From the NCBI GenBank assembly GCA_028534125.1, contig CM052818.1, forward strand, positions 41,728,001-41,792,000: 64,000 bases of DNA, read 5' to 3'. The notes beneath the pieces are model-generated. The model saw nothing but the letters and a program-made list of their open reading frames with translations, did no database searches and had not been told where the DNA came from. The DNA is from Lama glama (taxonomy: Eukaryota). Positions within the stretch are counted from its first letter, which is position 1, and each line of letters starts with the position of its first letter. The translations under genes were made by a program, and so were the position numbers. Of the stretch, positions 50,391 to 63,689 are shown piece by piece.

Positions 50391-50469
50391 CTAAGTACTA
50401 TTTTCTTTTCCTGAAAAAGAATTACTTCTTACCCACCCCGCCCCCATCAGACTAGATTTTTTTTTCCTC

Positions 50470-50750
50470 AATCCTGCCAATTAGAGGATATTATTGCTTC
50501 TATCAGCCATAGTTTCAAAAATGTAAAGATTAATACGACGAGCAGCAAATGTTTCATCCTTAAGGTGCCACAGGAATAACATTTGCTAATTTGTATTTGC
50601 ATTTGAAATTGAAACACAAATTGGCACAAGAACTATTACACATCCCGGCTAATTAATGTTCTAAAAATGAATTATGCAAATCAGCCTCAACAGGCCTCAG
50701 AAGCTCTCTCCGTGTATAATGAACGACGCGGAAGGTGAACCTTGTTTAAG
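50470..50750. promoter_or_regulatory. Octamer/homeodomain-rich element resembling the conserved ancient repeat MER121
   Basis: ATTTGCAT 50595-50602, ATGCAAAT 50674-50681, TAATTAAT 50650-50657, NFI half-sites; MER121 resemblance is from memory only. Confidence 0.4.
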
Positions 50751-52695
50751 GGCTGATTCTGACAGGATTGTACAGAGGAAAGAATCCGGGCTTTTGGAAT
50801 CAGACTTAGCTCTTTCTGTCACCTGTAGCGAGGCAGCAAGCTCCCCGGGCCTTAGTTTCTCCATCTGTTAATTGGGAATGAGAACGCCTACTTAATAGTG
50901 TGCCCTGAGGGAATGAAAGAAATGACCATTACGAGGCTCCTGGCCTCAAATAGCTGCCTCTAGATTTTCATTTTCTGGGTGCTTTGGCTTCCTGACGCTG
51001 CACCTCCAGAACACTGCCCACTCCCTGCCTCCTTTGCAAACAAGTCTCACCTCAAACATGACTCACGCTCCCTGGATCCCTGAAGTGGAGGCTACCGCCC
51101 CGTGTGTGTTTCCATTTCACGTACTAGGAATGCACTGGACAATGTAACATCTAGCTTGGCCACGAAGCATCCCTTAGGCCTTGAGAATGGAATGTCAGAA
51201 CAGCTGGGGTCGGTCGCAGGGACTGATGAGGTAGCAAAGCAGACCGCAGCAAAATTCCGGGCGGCTGTCTGTGTGGTCTGCGGCAACGCTCTGATAACCC
51301 ACCATCGTGGCCATTCGCTGTCTCCTGATTCGGCCGGGCTTAGACCAGCACCAGAAAACCCCTCTGCCCAGTACGATGCCCCAGCGTGGACTGGAGCCAC
51401 TTTGCTCAGCAAGGACTCGTGGGCATTCATGAGAGTCCAGCTGCAGCCCGCTGCAGCCAGTTCTCGGGGTGATGTGACGATTCAAAGCAGTAAATTGATG
51501 GGCCTCCAGGAGCCCAAGAAGGAGGGCGCTGAGAGCTGAGGCCAAAACAAACAGCAGCACTGTGACCATCAGAGCAAAGCAAGGGCTCACCAGGAAGACT
51601 CGGGGCTCAGGGTGGCTTTAAGAGCTTGTAGCCCAGGCCACCGGCAAGCTGATACTTCCTTAGTGTCTCAGCTGTACATCCACCAAGGGAGGAGCCCGCT
51701 GGCCAGCTCTTTTGCGGAGCCATGACTGCCACCTGTGGTGACCAGCCTGATTTGGACAAGTGGACCCCCCTCCCCAGGAGAGGGCAGTACCAACAGCAAG
51801 ACAGGGCTAACGGTTCCTCTGGCCATGCCCTCTCTTCCAAGCTGGAGGAATTTCCCAGCCCCCTAGTAAGTGAGCATCACCTGCACAGGACATTCTGCAG
51901 GTAATTAGGTCTTCACAGGGAAACCCTACAGGGACCTGCATCGGCGTCTTTATCTCTCAGGTGGGGGTGAATGGTTCCTTTCCATTTATTCCTTTGATTG
52001 AAAAGTTCAAGTTCAAGGACCTCATTCCGGTATTGTGTAAAGAGCAGTAACAGAACCATTGTCGGGCCCAGGTGCTCACGATCTCTCGGTAGGAGGGAAG
52101 GTCCCCTCTGATGGAGAGAGCCGATCCCCTCTCACCCACGCTCGTTCTATGTCTCAGACACTCAGCGAAGAGAAAAGCCTTGGGGTTTTCTGTGTTATAG
52201 AGTAGGAGCCAGCTCTGACCTAAAGTTCTTACAGTAGGGATTTGTACGAGAAAATTAAGAAGTCTCGTGAGATGTGCTGTCTCTAAAATATTTATGGTCA
52301 GGGCCATGTCCTTTCACACTGAAATTTCAAGGCAGTTTGGTGAAGCACCAAGAATAACAACTTCAAAGCCAGACCTCCCAGCTTCGAATCCCACGGCCAT
52401 GCTTGTGTGACCTTGGACGAGTCCTTTTATCAATGGTTAAGTGTTCATTTCTTTGGCTACAAAATGAAGATTGCATCTACAGCAGAGGGCTGTGCATTGA
52501 TCAGAGAGGCACCCAGAGTAGCTGCTAACAGTGAAAGCTCTACAGGCAAGTTGTCAGGGTTTAGACCCTGACTCCAGCCCCCTCCAGCAGGGCAGCTTAG
52601 GCGAGTGGTTTTGCAGGGTCTCAGTTTCCTCCAAGGCAAAAACACAGTGATAATTGTACCAGCCTCCCAGGATCAGTGCGAGAATTAAGTGAGTC

Positions 52696-53002
52696 TCCCA
52701 TGGTCTGAATGGTACTGATAGGTGGGGCCTTTAGGAGGTGCTTAAATCAAGGAGGGTGGAGCCCTCGTGAATGGGATTAGTGACCTTGTAAAAGAGACTC
52801 CGCAGAGTTCCCCTGCCCCTCCCACCTTGTGAGGACACAGCCAGAGGTCAGCAGTCAGCGACCCGGAAGAGGGCCTTACCTGACCACGCTGGCACCATGA
52901 CCTCCAACTTTCAGCCCCAGAACTGCGAGCAATTAATTTCTGCTGTTTAAAAGCCACCTGGTCTGCGATAGTTGCTAAGAGCAGCCCAAACGGACTAAGA
53001 CA
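52696..53002 (+). mobile_element. MLT1A-like solo LTR inserted in a MIR
   Basis: gagggtggagccctcgtgaatgggattagtg...cagccccagaactgcgagcaattaatttctgctgtttaaaagccacc...ggactaagaCA; 5-bp TSD GAGTC/GAGTT. Confidence 0.88.
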
Positions 53003-54719
53003 GAGTTAGCATGAACGCAGTACCTGGTGCATGGAAGGCTCCCATTCGTTGGCCATTGGGATGACTGATTTCTTCAAGCACTCATGGAGTGGCTCCTCCA
53101 TGCCAGGTCCCAGCCCCGGCGCCATCAGGCAGAGGTGAGGAGAACGCAGTCCCCAAGGGGCTTGCTGGCCACTGGACAAGAGGACACAAGCACACAAGTA
53201 ATTGCAGCGGTGTGGCAGGCTGCAGAAGAGAACCAGACCCACCCAGAGAATTCCAGAAAAGGTGACGCTTGAGGGGAGCCTTGACAGATAGCAAAAAATG
53301 TTCAGAAAAGTGGAAGAGCGTTCCAGAGAGCAGGACCCGAATGTGCCAAGACCCAGCGGGGAGAGAGCAGGGTCAGGGGGTCTGCAGAAAGCAGAGCGAG
53401 CATTCGGTGCAGGACCCGTGGAGGGAGGAGACGTGTCCAGCCCCAGGAAGGCTTTATCCCGGCTGACTGCGAGCCGAGCCGAGCCGAGAGACCTTGGGTT
53501 TAAACTCTCCCGAGTCCCAGCTGCGAGAATGTAGATTAATTTCCCAATTTGTAAAATTAGAGTATTAAAAGCGACGATCATTGAGATCTTTCTCAGCTCT
53601 GAAGCAATTTAACTCTCACCGGCTTGCAACCTCCCGGGAGGCAAATTGTGTGTTCTGGTCCTTCACATCTCCGCGGGGGCCAGGTATATGCCCAAGAAGT
53701 GCCTTTTCTGCTTTCTGAATTTTCTAGTCTTCTCTAGTCTTTTCTAGCAAGTATTTACAATACTTACCCACCCCGAATCTGTGTGTTTCCTCATTAAAAC
53801 GAATCAAAAGCGCCTATAGAGAGGATGTCAAGGCTTTTAAAATGTAAAACCAAAATTTGATCATCACCTGAATTTGTCTCATTCCAAGGATGCTGAGGTC
53901 TGGGAGCATCTTGGATAAAAGCAGCCTAGGACTCCCCAGGGTAGACAACCCGGGGACGTGAGAGTGACTTCCAGCCCCGGCTCCTGAGCCTGATAAAATT
54001 AGCCGAAAAAACTGATCTCCATGGCAACAGGAAATTTGTTTCTTAAAGAAGGTTAGGAATAATGCCTTTGGAAGAAACTCCAGGCACATAGAATATTCTC
54101 AGATTACACATAAATGGTGTCTATGCCAACAAAATGACAGGCCAGGCGGCTCAATTATCTGGATAATTTAGGCCTGAACTAGTGATTTGTAAAAGAATAG
54201 GAGGCTTTTAAGACCTGAAGAATGGAATGTGGCAGGTAGGGCCCAGGCTCCCGGGCGGGCTTTCGAAGCCTCTCCCCGAACAAGCCCCCTCTGCCAACTG
54301 GGGAACCAGAACAGGACTCCCGGGCCCAGGGTGTGGGCCTCTGCCAGGTATTTCCCCAGAAGGAATGAGGAAGGCGTGGAACTGTGAGCTGGATAGTCAG
54401 GTGGCAGGTGAGTACCCGAGGGCACCCCAGGCAGAGAGAAACCAGCATCTTAGCTGATTCAGGGGGCAGGTTGATTTCTGCACTGGTGTCCAAATATCCC
54501 CGTTTTTGCTCAAACAAAAAGGGAGCCAAGATCCCAAGATCCTCCTGCCCACTTTCTCTCCAACACATCTCCCTTGTCTACACATTAGCCTTCTTTCTTC
54601 TCTCCCTCCATCTTTACTGCCTTCATTCCATCCCTCCTTGGAAGATGGAAAGCCATTTGGGAAATTGAAGCCCCTTTCGCTTTGATCCGTTTTTGAGTGA
54701 CAGCAAAGCGAGGACCGCT

Positions 54720-54890
54720 GCTGGAGGCAGGCTGCTCAGATTCAAATTCTCCAGGCTTTTCTGGGCTTCGGTTCCTCATTGGTAAAAAGGGAGTGAATAT
54801 AGAGGTGACTTCCTCTTGGCATTGGGATGAGCATCAGATGAGTTAATATTTGTAAACACTGCACATAGGAAGTGCTATGTACGCATGTGA
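54720..54890 (+). mobile_element. MIR SINE
   Basis: gggcttcggttcctcattggtaaaaaggg...tgagcatcagatgagttaatatttgtaaacac. Confidence 0.7.
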
Positions 54891-56354
54891 TTAAACCCCC
54901 CAAATCATTTAAAATGCTGGAGCCACTGCAAGAATCAGAGTAGACTCTCAGACACAGAGGCACCCTGGTAATTCCTGGGCTGAGATCTCTTTCACTGTGG
55001 ATCGTTAAAGAATTACAGATGATGGGAGGTGCCACATGTCATCCTGTCTCCTTGTTGCACAGATGAGAAACTGATGCCCCGAGATGGAAGGCAGTATGGA
55101 GTTCCAGGTGGCCTCAGGAGTTTTCTGAAAGAGACTTTCTGCCTTCCAGGCCAGGCCAGGGGATGCTGTGGCCACAGCCTGCAGGAGGGCCATGAGAAGT
55201 CAAAGCCAGGGGGCTCCCCATGAAGCCTGTGTCCCCATCTTTCCTACCTGCAGGGCCTCCCCTGACTTCTGCCCAGGGCCATGGTATATTAATAGATATT
55301 TCCTGAAAAAAAATTGAAAATAAAGGCTTTTCTGGCTGTCTGCACTTGGGGCGCTGCATAGACTGGAGTCATCAGTGCAAAGAATCTAAAAGACTTCAGG
55401 GAAATCCTGCGGGAAAGAAGTCACTATATGTCTAACGCAGCTTGTCCCAAATTTATCTGAATTCAGAGTCCCTTTGAGTCCAGCGTCTTGTGAGAATAAT
55501 GTCCCCCCAATACACAACGCTGAGGAGGACCCACTCCCCAGTCAGTGATTAGCAGATCCTGACCACGCTGGGGAACACTATGGTCCCCGAATTCCTTGGC
55601 TCACGCCCCGCCCCTGGCAAGTGCTCTGGAAATGTTTTCCTGACATCTTGTCTCCCTTTTGCTTGTGTTTATTTGTTTGTTTACCTGTTTGGTGGCTCCT
55701 TAATGAAGGAAGATATTTCTCCTGCAAAGATAAGGATCCCAGTGGCCCCCCGATTTGCAGAAACTCAGCTCGTAAATTCTCTCTCTGAAGAATTCTTTTC
55801 CGTAGTTACATCTGATAATCACTTCTGAGACCCACCCCCAGCTACGGGGATTCCTTGCACCACCACTTACAGTATTTCAGCTGCTCCAGAACCTGGAGGA
55901 ATTCAGAGCAGGAGCTTTAGAAGACAAGTGGGAGCCCAGGCTATGGCATTTCTTAGCTTTGGGAATTGACCAAGTCACTTAATTGCTCTGAGCCAGAGTC
56001 TCCATCCTAAAGCATAATAATATCAAATTTTTATCGAGCACTTACTGTTTGTCAATAACTGTGTTAACAGCTTTATGCATATGATCTCATTTAATTCTCA
56101 CCCTTTGAGAGGAGAAAATGGGGGACAGAGAAGTTATTTGTCCGCAGAGTAAATAATGTGCCCGTAACGCAAATCTACCTATTGGGTAATAAGTCAGTGA
56201 CAACACTTGAGCAGTTTTCCTTGGGGTACTGCTGGTGGTTGTGAGAACTGAGTTTTATGATCTATTGGTTCACAGTGGGAACCAGCAAATGTCACTTCCT
56301 TCTTTCTTCTGGGTCCCAACTATTAGACTGGGTCCAAGGAAAAATGACTTTATT

Positions 56355-56412
56355 TCCCTCCCTCCCTCCCTCCCTCCCTTCCTTCCCTCTTTTCTTCCTT
56401 CCTTCCCTCCCT
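56355..56412. repeat. (TCCC)n/(TTCC)n polypyrimidine repeat
   Basis: ttccctccctccctccctccctcccttccttccctc... Confidence 0.9.
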
Positions 56413-59400
56413 ATTTTATTATTCGTCAAACATTTATTGAAAATGTTCTCCATGTTCCATACCAGGTTCCTTATTAGCAACTAAGCAAAACTGAGTAAGG
56501 CAGGGCTGTCCCTCCCCTTATCTCGTTCTGCAGTGTTAGCTAACTCCACAGGAACACACACCAAAAGAGACAGCCTAGAGCCCACCTTCCCGTGTTGTTT
56601 CAATGTCACCCATGCCTTGAGCACCTCCAAGGTGAGATGGTTCTCTTTTGTCTCCTTTAATCATCATAGCCTCCCTTAGAAAGGTATCACTGTGTCGATT
56701 TTTATGTAAAAACAAATCTGAGACCTGGGCGGCTCAGGGACTCATCCCCCAGGGCACCGTGAGAAGCTAAGCCCCCGGCCTGCTTTTTCCCGCTGACCTG
56801 GGCTTCCCCCCAATGTCCATTTCTCTGGGCTGACTTTGCAAATGATGACTCAGAGATTTCTGGGGATATTTTTCTCCTTTTTTGAGGGTTGGGAGGGAGT
56901 ATTTCGTTCGTCACTATTGCCACTCTTCAGTCCCCAACTCAAGAATGGTCACAACCCGAGACCCACAGGGCAGCCCGGAGGTGGGGTGATGGGGCCCCTG
57001 GCCCCGCCTGCACGGGGAAATGCCTGGTGTTGGTTGGCCAGCTGCCAGATTTACTGCCGCTCCCACAGCTGTTTCCAGCCAAGGTGAGGACTTCCTCTTA
57101 ATGGTGTCGTTTACAAGTCAATAAAGCGGGATGGAGCGCGCTTCCGCCGCTGGCCCCACCGCGCTGGGCTCTGGGGGCTCACCCTGCCATTGGGTGTGAA
57201 GCTGGCTGCCCGGGGCCTCATTCTTGCCCTAACAGCCCTGCTCTCTCACCAGCCCCAGAGCACCGGCCATAAAGGCCCCCTCCCTTCCGACGAGGGCAGA
57301 GTTCAAAGCTTAGGCTCTCCAGGATCCCGTCCTAAACTGTCAGCCCTGCCCCGCTTTATGGCTCCTGCTCCCCCATCCATTGCTCAGCACGAGAGCCAAG
57401 CCGCTGGGGCCTTATCTCCCAGCAGAGATAAAGGGCTCTGGGAAGCCGGCCACCCCAAGGTGCCCGGGCCCACGGACTCGCCTCCCTCTGCTCCCTGGGG
57501 TCAGTTAAATGAGCTGGAGGAAAGATGGCCTTTTTTAAGCCCACAGGGAAGACACACCCTCTGGGTGCTGGGTTTTCCTCTATCTGACCCACCAGGGGCA
57601 ACACTTCTAGTGGAAGGGCAGAGGGGACAGCTCTGGACTCCAGGGGCTCATGACATCCCTGCAGCCCCCCAGGCCAAGGTGATAATGAGGTGAGAGAAGA
57701 TGGCAGCTTAATGGGCCTGTGCCTGTGGGGAAGGGCAGGGCCGGGGGATGCTCAGGCCCAGGCAAGCTGCAGCCCTGCGGGAAAGGGGACACAGCCACGT
57801 CACAAAGCTCGGTGATGGCAAAGCCAGATCAGGCCCGCTCAGACAGGTGCTTACCCATTTGCTCAAGACACACACGTAGGGCCCCTCTGTGCACGGGCCT
57901 GTGCAGGGTGCCGTGAGCTCAGTTCCAAGGAGCACTGCTAACCCGCCCAGGGATGCCTGCCGGAGGGAGGGCGAGTCCTGAGGAGCAGATAGGAGTCTGC
58001 TGGGTGGAGAAGGGGATACATTTACTGAAGGGAAAAGCAGGTACCGAAGGCAGGATGCATCCAGGGGGCTGTGCGGCTGAGAGAGGGGAGGCCGGGGCAG
58101 GGCTGGGGCGGGCGTCTCCTGACAGTGTCACACTCAGAGGGGAACGTGGCATCAGCTGTTTCATTGCTGCCTCCTGGCCCACGCTTAAACCAGAGACGCT
58201 GCGCACATAGCTCTTTTCCATCTGGTGGTCCTAAAAAGCCGAGTGGGGAGAGCCTGAGCCCCCTACCCCCTCACCCACACAGTCCAGGAAGGGGCAGCCT
58301 GTATGCACTGACACCAGCCCGGGTACCAGAATGACCAGGACGAAGCACGAGACCCCAGGGAGGGAACAGTCTAAGGGATGTGTCACCTTGCCATCCGCCA
58401 GGGTACAAATATCTAGTGGTCCAGCAACCCTAGCCCTTACTCTGCGCACCGCCCTGTGGCGCTAATCCTGCTCTCAGAGACTTGGCAGTGGTGGTTAGAG
58501 TGGGACTCCCACTTCTCAAGGGAAACACCAAGTCCGAGAGACGTTACAAGGACCACAGCTAGCATCAGGCCACCGCTAGTCTATCGAGTAGAAAAAGCTC
58601 CTGGCAAGGTGGGTGCAGCCTGCAGGAGCTGGGCTTCTGTGCCTTTGGGCGAAGGAGAAGGTGCCCCTCCCTCTGGGCAGATGCAGGGGTTGCCCCTGGG
58701 AGCACGAACTGTCAGGGAAAGAGTCCGCTGGTCAGCAGCCTCCCTGAATGAGCATCCTTGTGCAACTTAATGTGGGCACCTTGAGCCAGAAAGAGAAGTA
58801 GAGAGACAGCGGAGGCTGCAGTCAGGCAGAGGTGTGATTCAGTCCCAGATTCAGGACACAACTTACTGGCCTTGCAGCCGTGGATAACTCACCATCCCTT
58901 CCTGCGCAGACTCAGGCTGATAAGACCTGTGGCGCAGGGCTGGGTGAAGATTCCCGAGCAGAGAGCAGTGACTGTTATCCCTGAGCCTCCAGAACAGAAG
59001 ATGAAGGATTCCCCAGGGCCCTGGATGTTTTCCTTCCTTCCTCACTTAGAGACATGTCTTAGTTACTTGTTTCCTGCCTCCATATAATTACAGTGCGAGA
59101 GCCTCATTCTCCAGGCCCGTTTTAGTGAAGGAGGAAGGAAGTCGCAGGCCTTTTCGCCACAAATCCCCGCTCAGAGACGCCAGCTGGGAATTTGGCTAAT
59201 CTGTGACTGCAGCCAATAACCCCTGCATGTTCCAGATCAAGGTACCGCACAGGCCATTCGGGACTGCACGGGTCGCCATCCATCAGCCACTGTTCTCAGC
59301 CCGACCTCCAGCACACCCATCCTCTCCCGAAGCCCTGTGCCTGGATGCTGTGGGGAGGGGGAAGTCCCTCCACACACACACTGCAGAGGCGCAGGGCCAC

Positions 59401-61429
59401 TCCAGCCACTGGCCGCTCTCGCCAGGAGCTGGACTGTGAAAACATCCCTTGTGCACGTCCCTTCTGCCTGGGCAAGTGTGCACCAGGAAATACTTGCCAA
59501 CAGCCTCAGCAGAGATGGGAACCAACAGACGAGGATGCTCCTTCGGGGCCCAGCTTAAAGAGCCCGCATATCCAGAAGGGACCCCTGGCTCTGTCTGGAG
59601 ATGTCCTGGCAGAGAGTCATTTCCATTGAGTCGAGGGAAGTAGACAGAACTCTGAAACTGGCTCTGTTTTCTGCCTTGAGCAGGTTTCTTCTCACCTGGT
59701 AGCAGACTCTTCTCTAAAACAGGAGAGGAAGAATGCATAACCCCCCCAAGGCTGTTCCAGAGCTGACAGCCTGGGGTGCTGCGGTTCTGGGAATTACAGA
59801 GGATCCCTGCCTCGTTGGTGGTATGAACTCAAAGAGAGCATTTATTTGTGAACACTCAGCTGTGAAAAGAAAGAGAGAAACTTCCGTTTCGGGGAGATGG
59901 TGGCAGAATCCACTCGGCTTTTACAGAAAGAGTCAGAAAGTTGTTTTGCAAACCAAGTTGCGCTGAACGAAGCATCTTAGGCATCAAGGGAGAGGCTCCC
60001 CGTCAGCCTAATAAGTGTTTGGATCTTTGAACAGAAACCACCTTTATTGTTTAAAGCATCAACAGGCAGGAACATTCTAGTTAAGATCCGCCTGCAGTAA
60101 GGATTGTGTTTCAGCTAAGATGTGAGAGATGTACGGCCTTATTCATCCCACACTCCCAAAGTGCCTGCCTGCTACGCATCAGGCCTCCTGCTGGGAACAG
60201 AGAAATAAGCCACCTCTCCTGCCCTCCCAGCGGGCCCACTCTAGGGGCAGTCCGGAGGGGGAGCCCCGCGTACTAATGATCTTCAGGAACATCAGAGGCC
60301 TGGGAGGCGAGCTGAGCAAGAATTATCATCTCCATCTCACAAAATGGAGGCTCAGAGAGGTGCACCCATTTGTCTGAGGCCACACAGCCGGAGAATTGGA
60401 AGAGGAGTTTGCAAATTCTCATCTTCTGACACACAGGCCAGAGCTCTCTCCACTCGGCTTCTGTATGTATCTGTGACAGAGGGCCCGAGACCAAGAGATT
60501 GTCACCCACCAGGCCCTCCTGTGCAGAGTAGATGTTCCATGAGTATTTGTTCACTTAACCAAGTGGGTTCTTGTCCCCACTGCTCTAGACAGAGGCTGGA
60601 TCACCTCTTTCTAAGCCCTTAATTTACTTCTCTCCAGGTCTTTCATATTGAGCGTTTGTTATAAGATTGTGGCTTCTGCAAATGGAAAATCCTAAAAGAT
60701 ACTGCTTCTGCAGTGCCCTTAATCCCACTGGTATTCCAAGCACAAACCTCAAAAACATGCTGCTCATTTCCTCCAAAAATTGCAAGTCCTTCTATCCGTC
60801 ACAATGGCAGGAAGACAAAGCAGAGCCTTGGATTTAGGCGGACCTGGGTTCCTGTCCCTGCATCATCTTGAGCAAATATTGGTCTTTCTGAGCCCCCGTG
60901 GTCCAGTCTGCAACAAGGAGCGAATACCTTGAAAAGATGTCGGAGGCCCAAATGAAGCTCATGAAGCCCCTGCAGAGCCACAGCGTGGCTTGGCTTTTTA
61001 ACAATGTGAGTTTCCTCCTCTAAACCCCACTCCCTTCCATGTTAGGACTTAGGCAAGTCCTTCCAATGGCCCATTTTCTCCTCTGTAAGAGTTTTTTGGC
61101 CATCAGGTTCTCTTTCCTACTGGTATTCCAGATCTGTCTGAACTGATGATCAGAATGGATCCTGCCGAATTGATGATGGAGAATTCAGATTTGCAGAATT
61201 CTTTGATAAACTTCCTGGCCCCACTCGTCCCATTGACTGAGCAACAGAGTTTCCTGCCAGCAGCTGTATTTAGAGCAGCAGGAGTGCACTCGCTCGACCC
61301 AAAGGACAACTCGTAATGAGGAATGATTTCTCTTGCTGGCTTCAGCTTTGAAGGCTCAACTAGAGGGACCGCGGGAGCTCTTTTCATTGGGAAAGCACTG
61401 GCCTCATCGCAATCAGAGTCATCTCATCT

Positions 61430-61905
61430 GTCAGGCCCTGAAGCTACAGGACCTGGCTTCTGAGCTTTTTAAGGTCCTACAAAATATCGGAGAGCTAGAA
61501 AAAAAAACTTATTGGCTCTACAACATAAGATGAAAACTACAAAATCAAAGCAGATAAATGTTTAATTAAATATCTAAAAAAAGTCATGTTATGTCATTGG
61601 CCACTTTTTGTCCCATTGTTAAGTTTATCACCCATGAAATTTTCAGTACGTCAACAAACAGTGCGTAGGTTCTATTTTCTCACTTTGCATGAGGTTCCAA
61701 ATAGGCAGAGAAACAAAAGGACTTAACTGTAAATTAATTAAATTATCCATAACTAAATAATTTCCAAAGCAAAATCGTAGAAGTTCTTTTGCACTTTTTT
61801 TTTATAGCAAAAGAGAAAGACCTGTGATGTGAAATGTAGGTGTATTGTAACATACTTGATATGATGCCGAGCAGAGAATAAGGGTAGCAGGGCCTTCAGA
61901 GGTCT
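61430..61905. mobile_element. Probable ancient hAT-like DNA transposon remnant
   Basis: AT-rich interior with GC-rich ends bearing aggtcct/agggcct motifs; family not confidently assigned. Confidence 0.35.
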
Positions 61906-62639
61906 TTTCAAGAGTCCAAATGGTCGTCTGATTGGTCCCGAGGCTTTCCCCAAGAGGTGGGCACCCAACCAGACGGCCCAGCAAGTTTCAAGGACTATCA
62001 GAGATTCGCTCACCCAAGAATTGGGTGCCGTCTCCAAATGCTGGGCCAACCAACCCACCTCCTCCAGCCCCTTCTGCCGAGCGTTCCTCCAGCTAATAAA
62101 ACCCTGGTCGTCCAGCTGGGGGTTAATATTTACTCAGTATAAACCATCCTGTAGTTAAAGGCTGAAGGCCACACTAAAGATAAAACATTAAAAAGGAAGT
62201 CTTACCTCCTGGGTCAGTGTCACGGTTTTCTGGGAGAAGAATGCGACTCTGGGTGGATTTTGATCACGAGGAGTGTTACCCGGAGGACGGGCGAGACACC
62301 TCTGGGAATGAAAAGGGATGTTTAGCTCTACTTCCAGATCCATCAGGAGCTGATACTGCAGAGGTGCTTTTTTTATTCCCTTCTAGACTTCAGTTTCCAC
62401 GGGGGTGGCGGTCTCCACCCGGAAACTGTGAGCAACAAATGAAACGGGTTCTGCTAAGATTTCCAAAACCTGAGAAACACTGTATGATGTGCTGTGGTTA
62501 TGGATCATTTAGCCAAGAATTTTTTGGCTTTTTTTTTTTCACTTCAGTGTGATGATAAGGGACTCCCAATTGAAATAACTGTAACCTTATTTAACATTTT
62601 AATAGCAAACACTGAGATGTCATCAAACCCGTCATATTT

Positions 62640-62960
62640 TCTGAAGATGGCCACATCAGTGCCTCTCCCGTCCCACGGACTCTCCCAACCCTGGAGTGAT
62701 AACATTCCTCATTGAGACTTGGGGTCCGGGCTCCCTCCACTCAGATCCACGTGGAACTTTGTAACTGCCTCCAGTGATGGAGTCTGGAGGAAATGAGGCC
62801 AAGTGACTTCCGAAGCCAGGTCACAAGAGATAATAGAGTTTCCACCTGACTGTCTCTTGGGACTTGGACCTTTGGAGTCCTGAATTGCTGAGTACGCAGC
62901 CAGGCCACCCTGAAGTCATGGTTCTGGAAGGACCACGAGGAGACAGAGAGGATGCCCTGC
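62640..62960 (+). mobile_element. MLT1 LTR 5' fragment
   Basis: aagatggccacatcag...ctttgtaactgcctcc...gtgacttccgaagccaggtcacaag...gcagccaggccaccctgaag. Confidence 0.6.
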
Positions 62961-63407
62961 TAGCCCCCCGCTGCTACTGCTCGTTACCCCTATGTGGTGA
63001 AATAATCATTTCATTCTTTGATTTATTTTATTCTTTCTGCTTATCTGCATTGTAAGGTTTCTATAGCAAACATGTATTATTTTTTTCAAAATAAGTTAGT
63101 TTTTTTAGAAAATTCCATTCATGTCTCCATCTTCTCAAAGCATCACCAAGCCTCGGCTAATCTCTTCACCAAATTCCAACAACTCACTCTTTGCACAGCT
63201 CAGCAAAATAACCACCTGTCCCAGAATCACGACAAGTTTATACTGGTGGACGGACACCAGCACCCACCATGCTCCTCGGTCTACATGAGTGGGTCCAATG
63301 TATGTGTTTCCCGTGGTTACAGCCACCAGCCAGCCGCCCCAGGGATGGTGCAAGACTTCCTGAGGCCTAAGCACTTTGTTTTCAACCATGGGAGAGTGAA
63401 ACTTTTC

Positions 63408-63640
63408 ACATTCATTCATCAAATATTGATTAAGCCCTGCGTGTGCCAAGCACAGGGCTGGATGCTAGGGATACGTCTGTGAGCTGATTCAAGTTCTGTC
63501 TTCATGCTATGAAAAATACACGTGAAGCCGTGACCTGAATGCAGTGTGAGTGCACTGAGAGGGGACATCCCGGAGGCAGAAACAGAGAGGGTGCGCCTGG
63601 CCAGATGTGGAAATTCAGGAAGGCTGCCCTTAACAGGGGA
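63408..63640 (-). mobile_element. L2 3' fragment
   Basis: cattcattcatcaaatattgattaagccctgcgtgtgccaagcacagggctggatgctagggatac. Confidence 0.75.
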
Positions 63641-63689
63641 TATAATCGTGGGATAATAAGGAATCCCAGTGTCACAAGGTGCTGGGAGG

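Noticed and set aside
63018..63482. 154-aa ORF
   Set aside because: Overlaps repeat remnants at its ends and has no recognisable homology.
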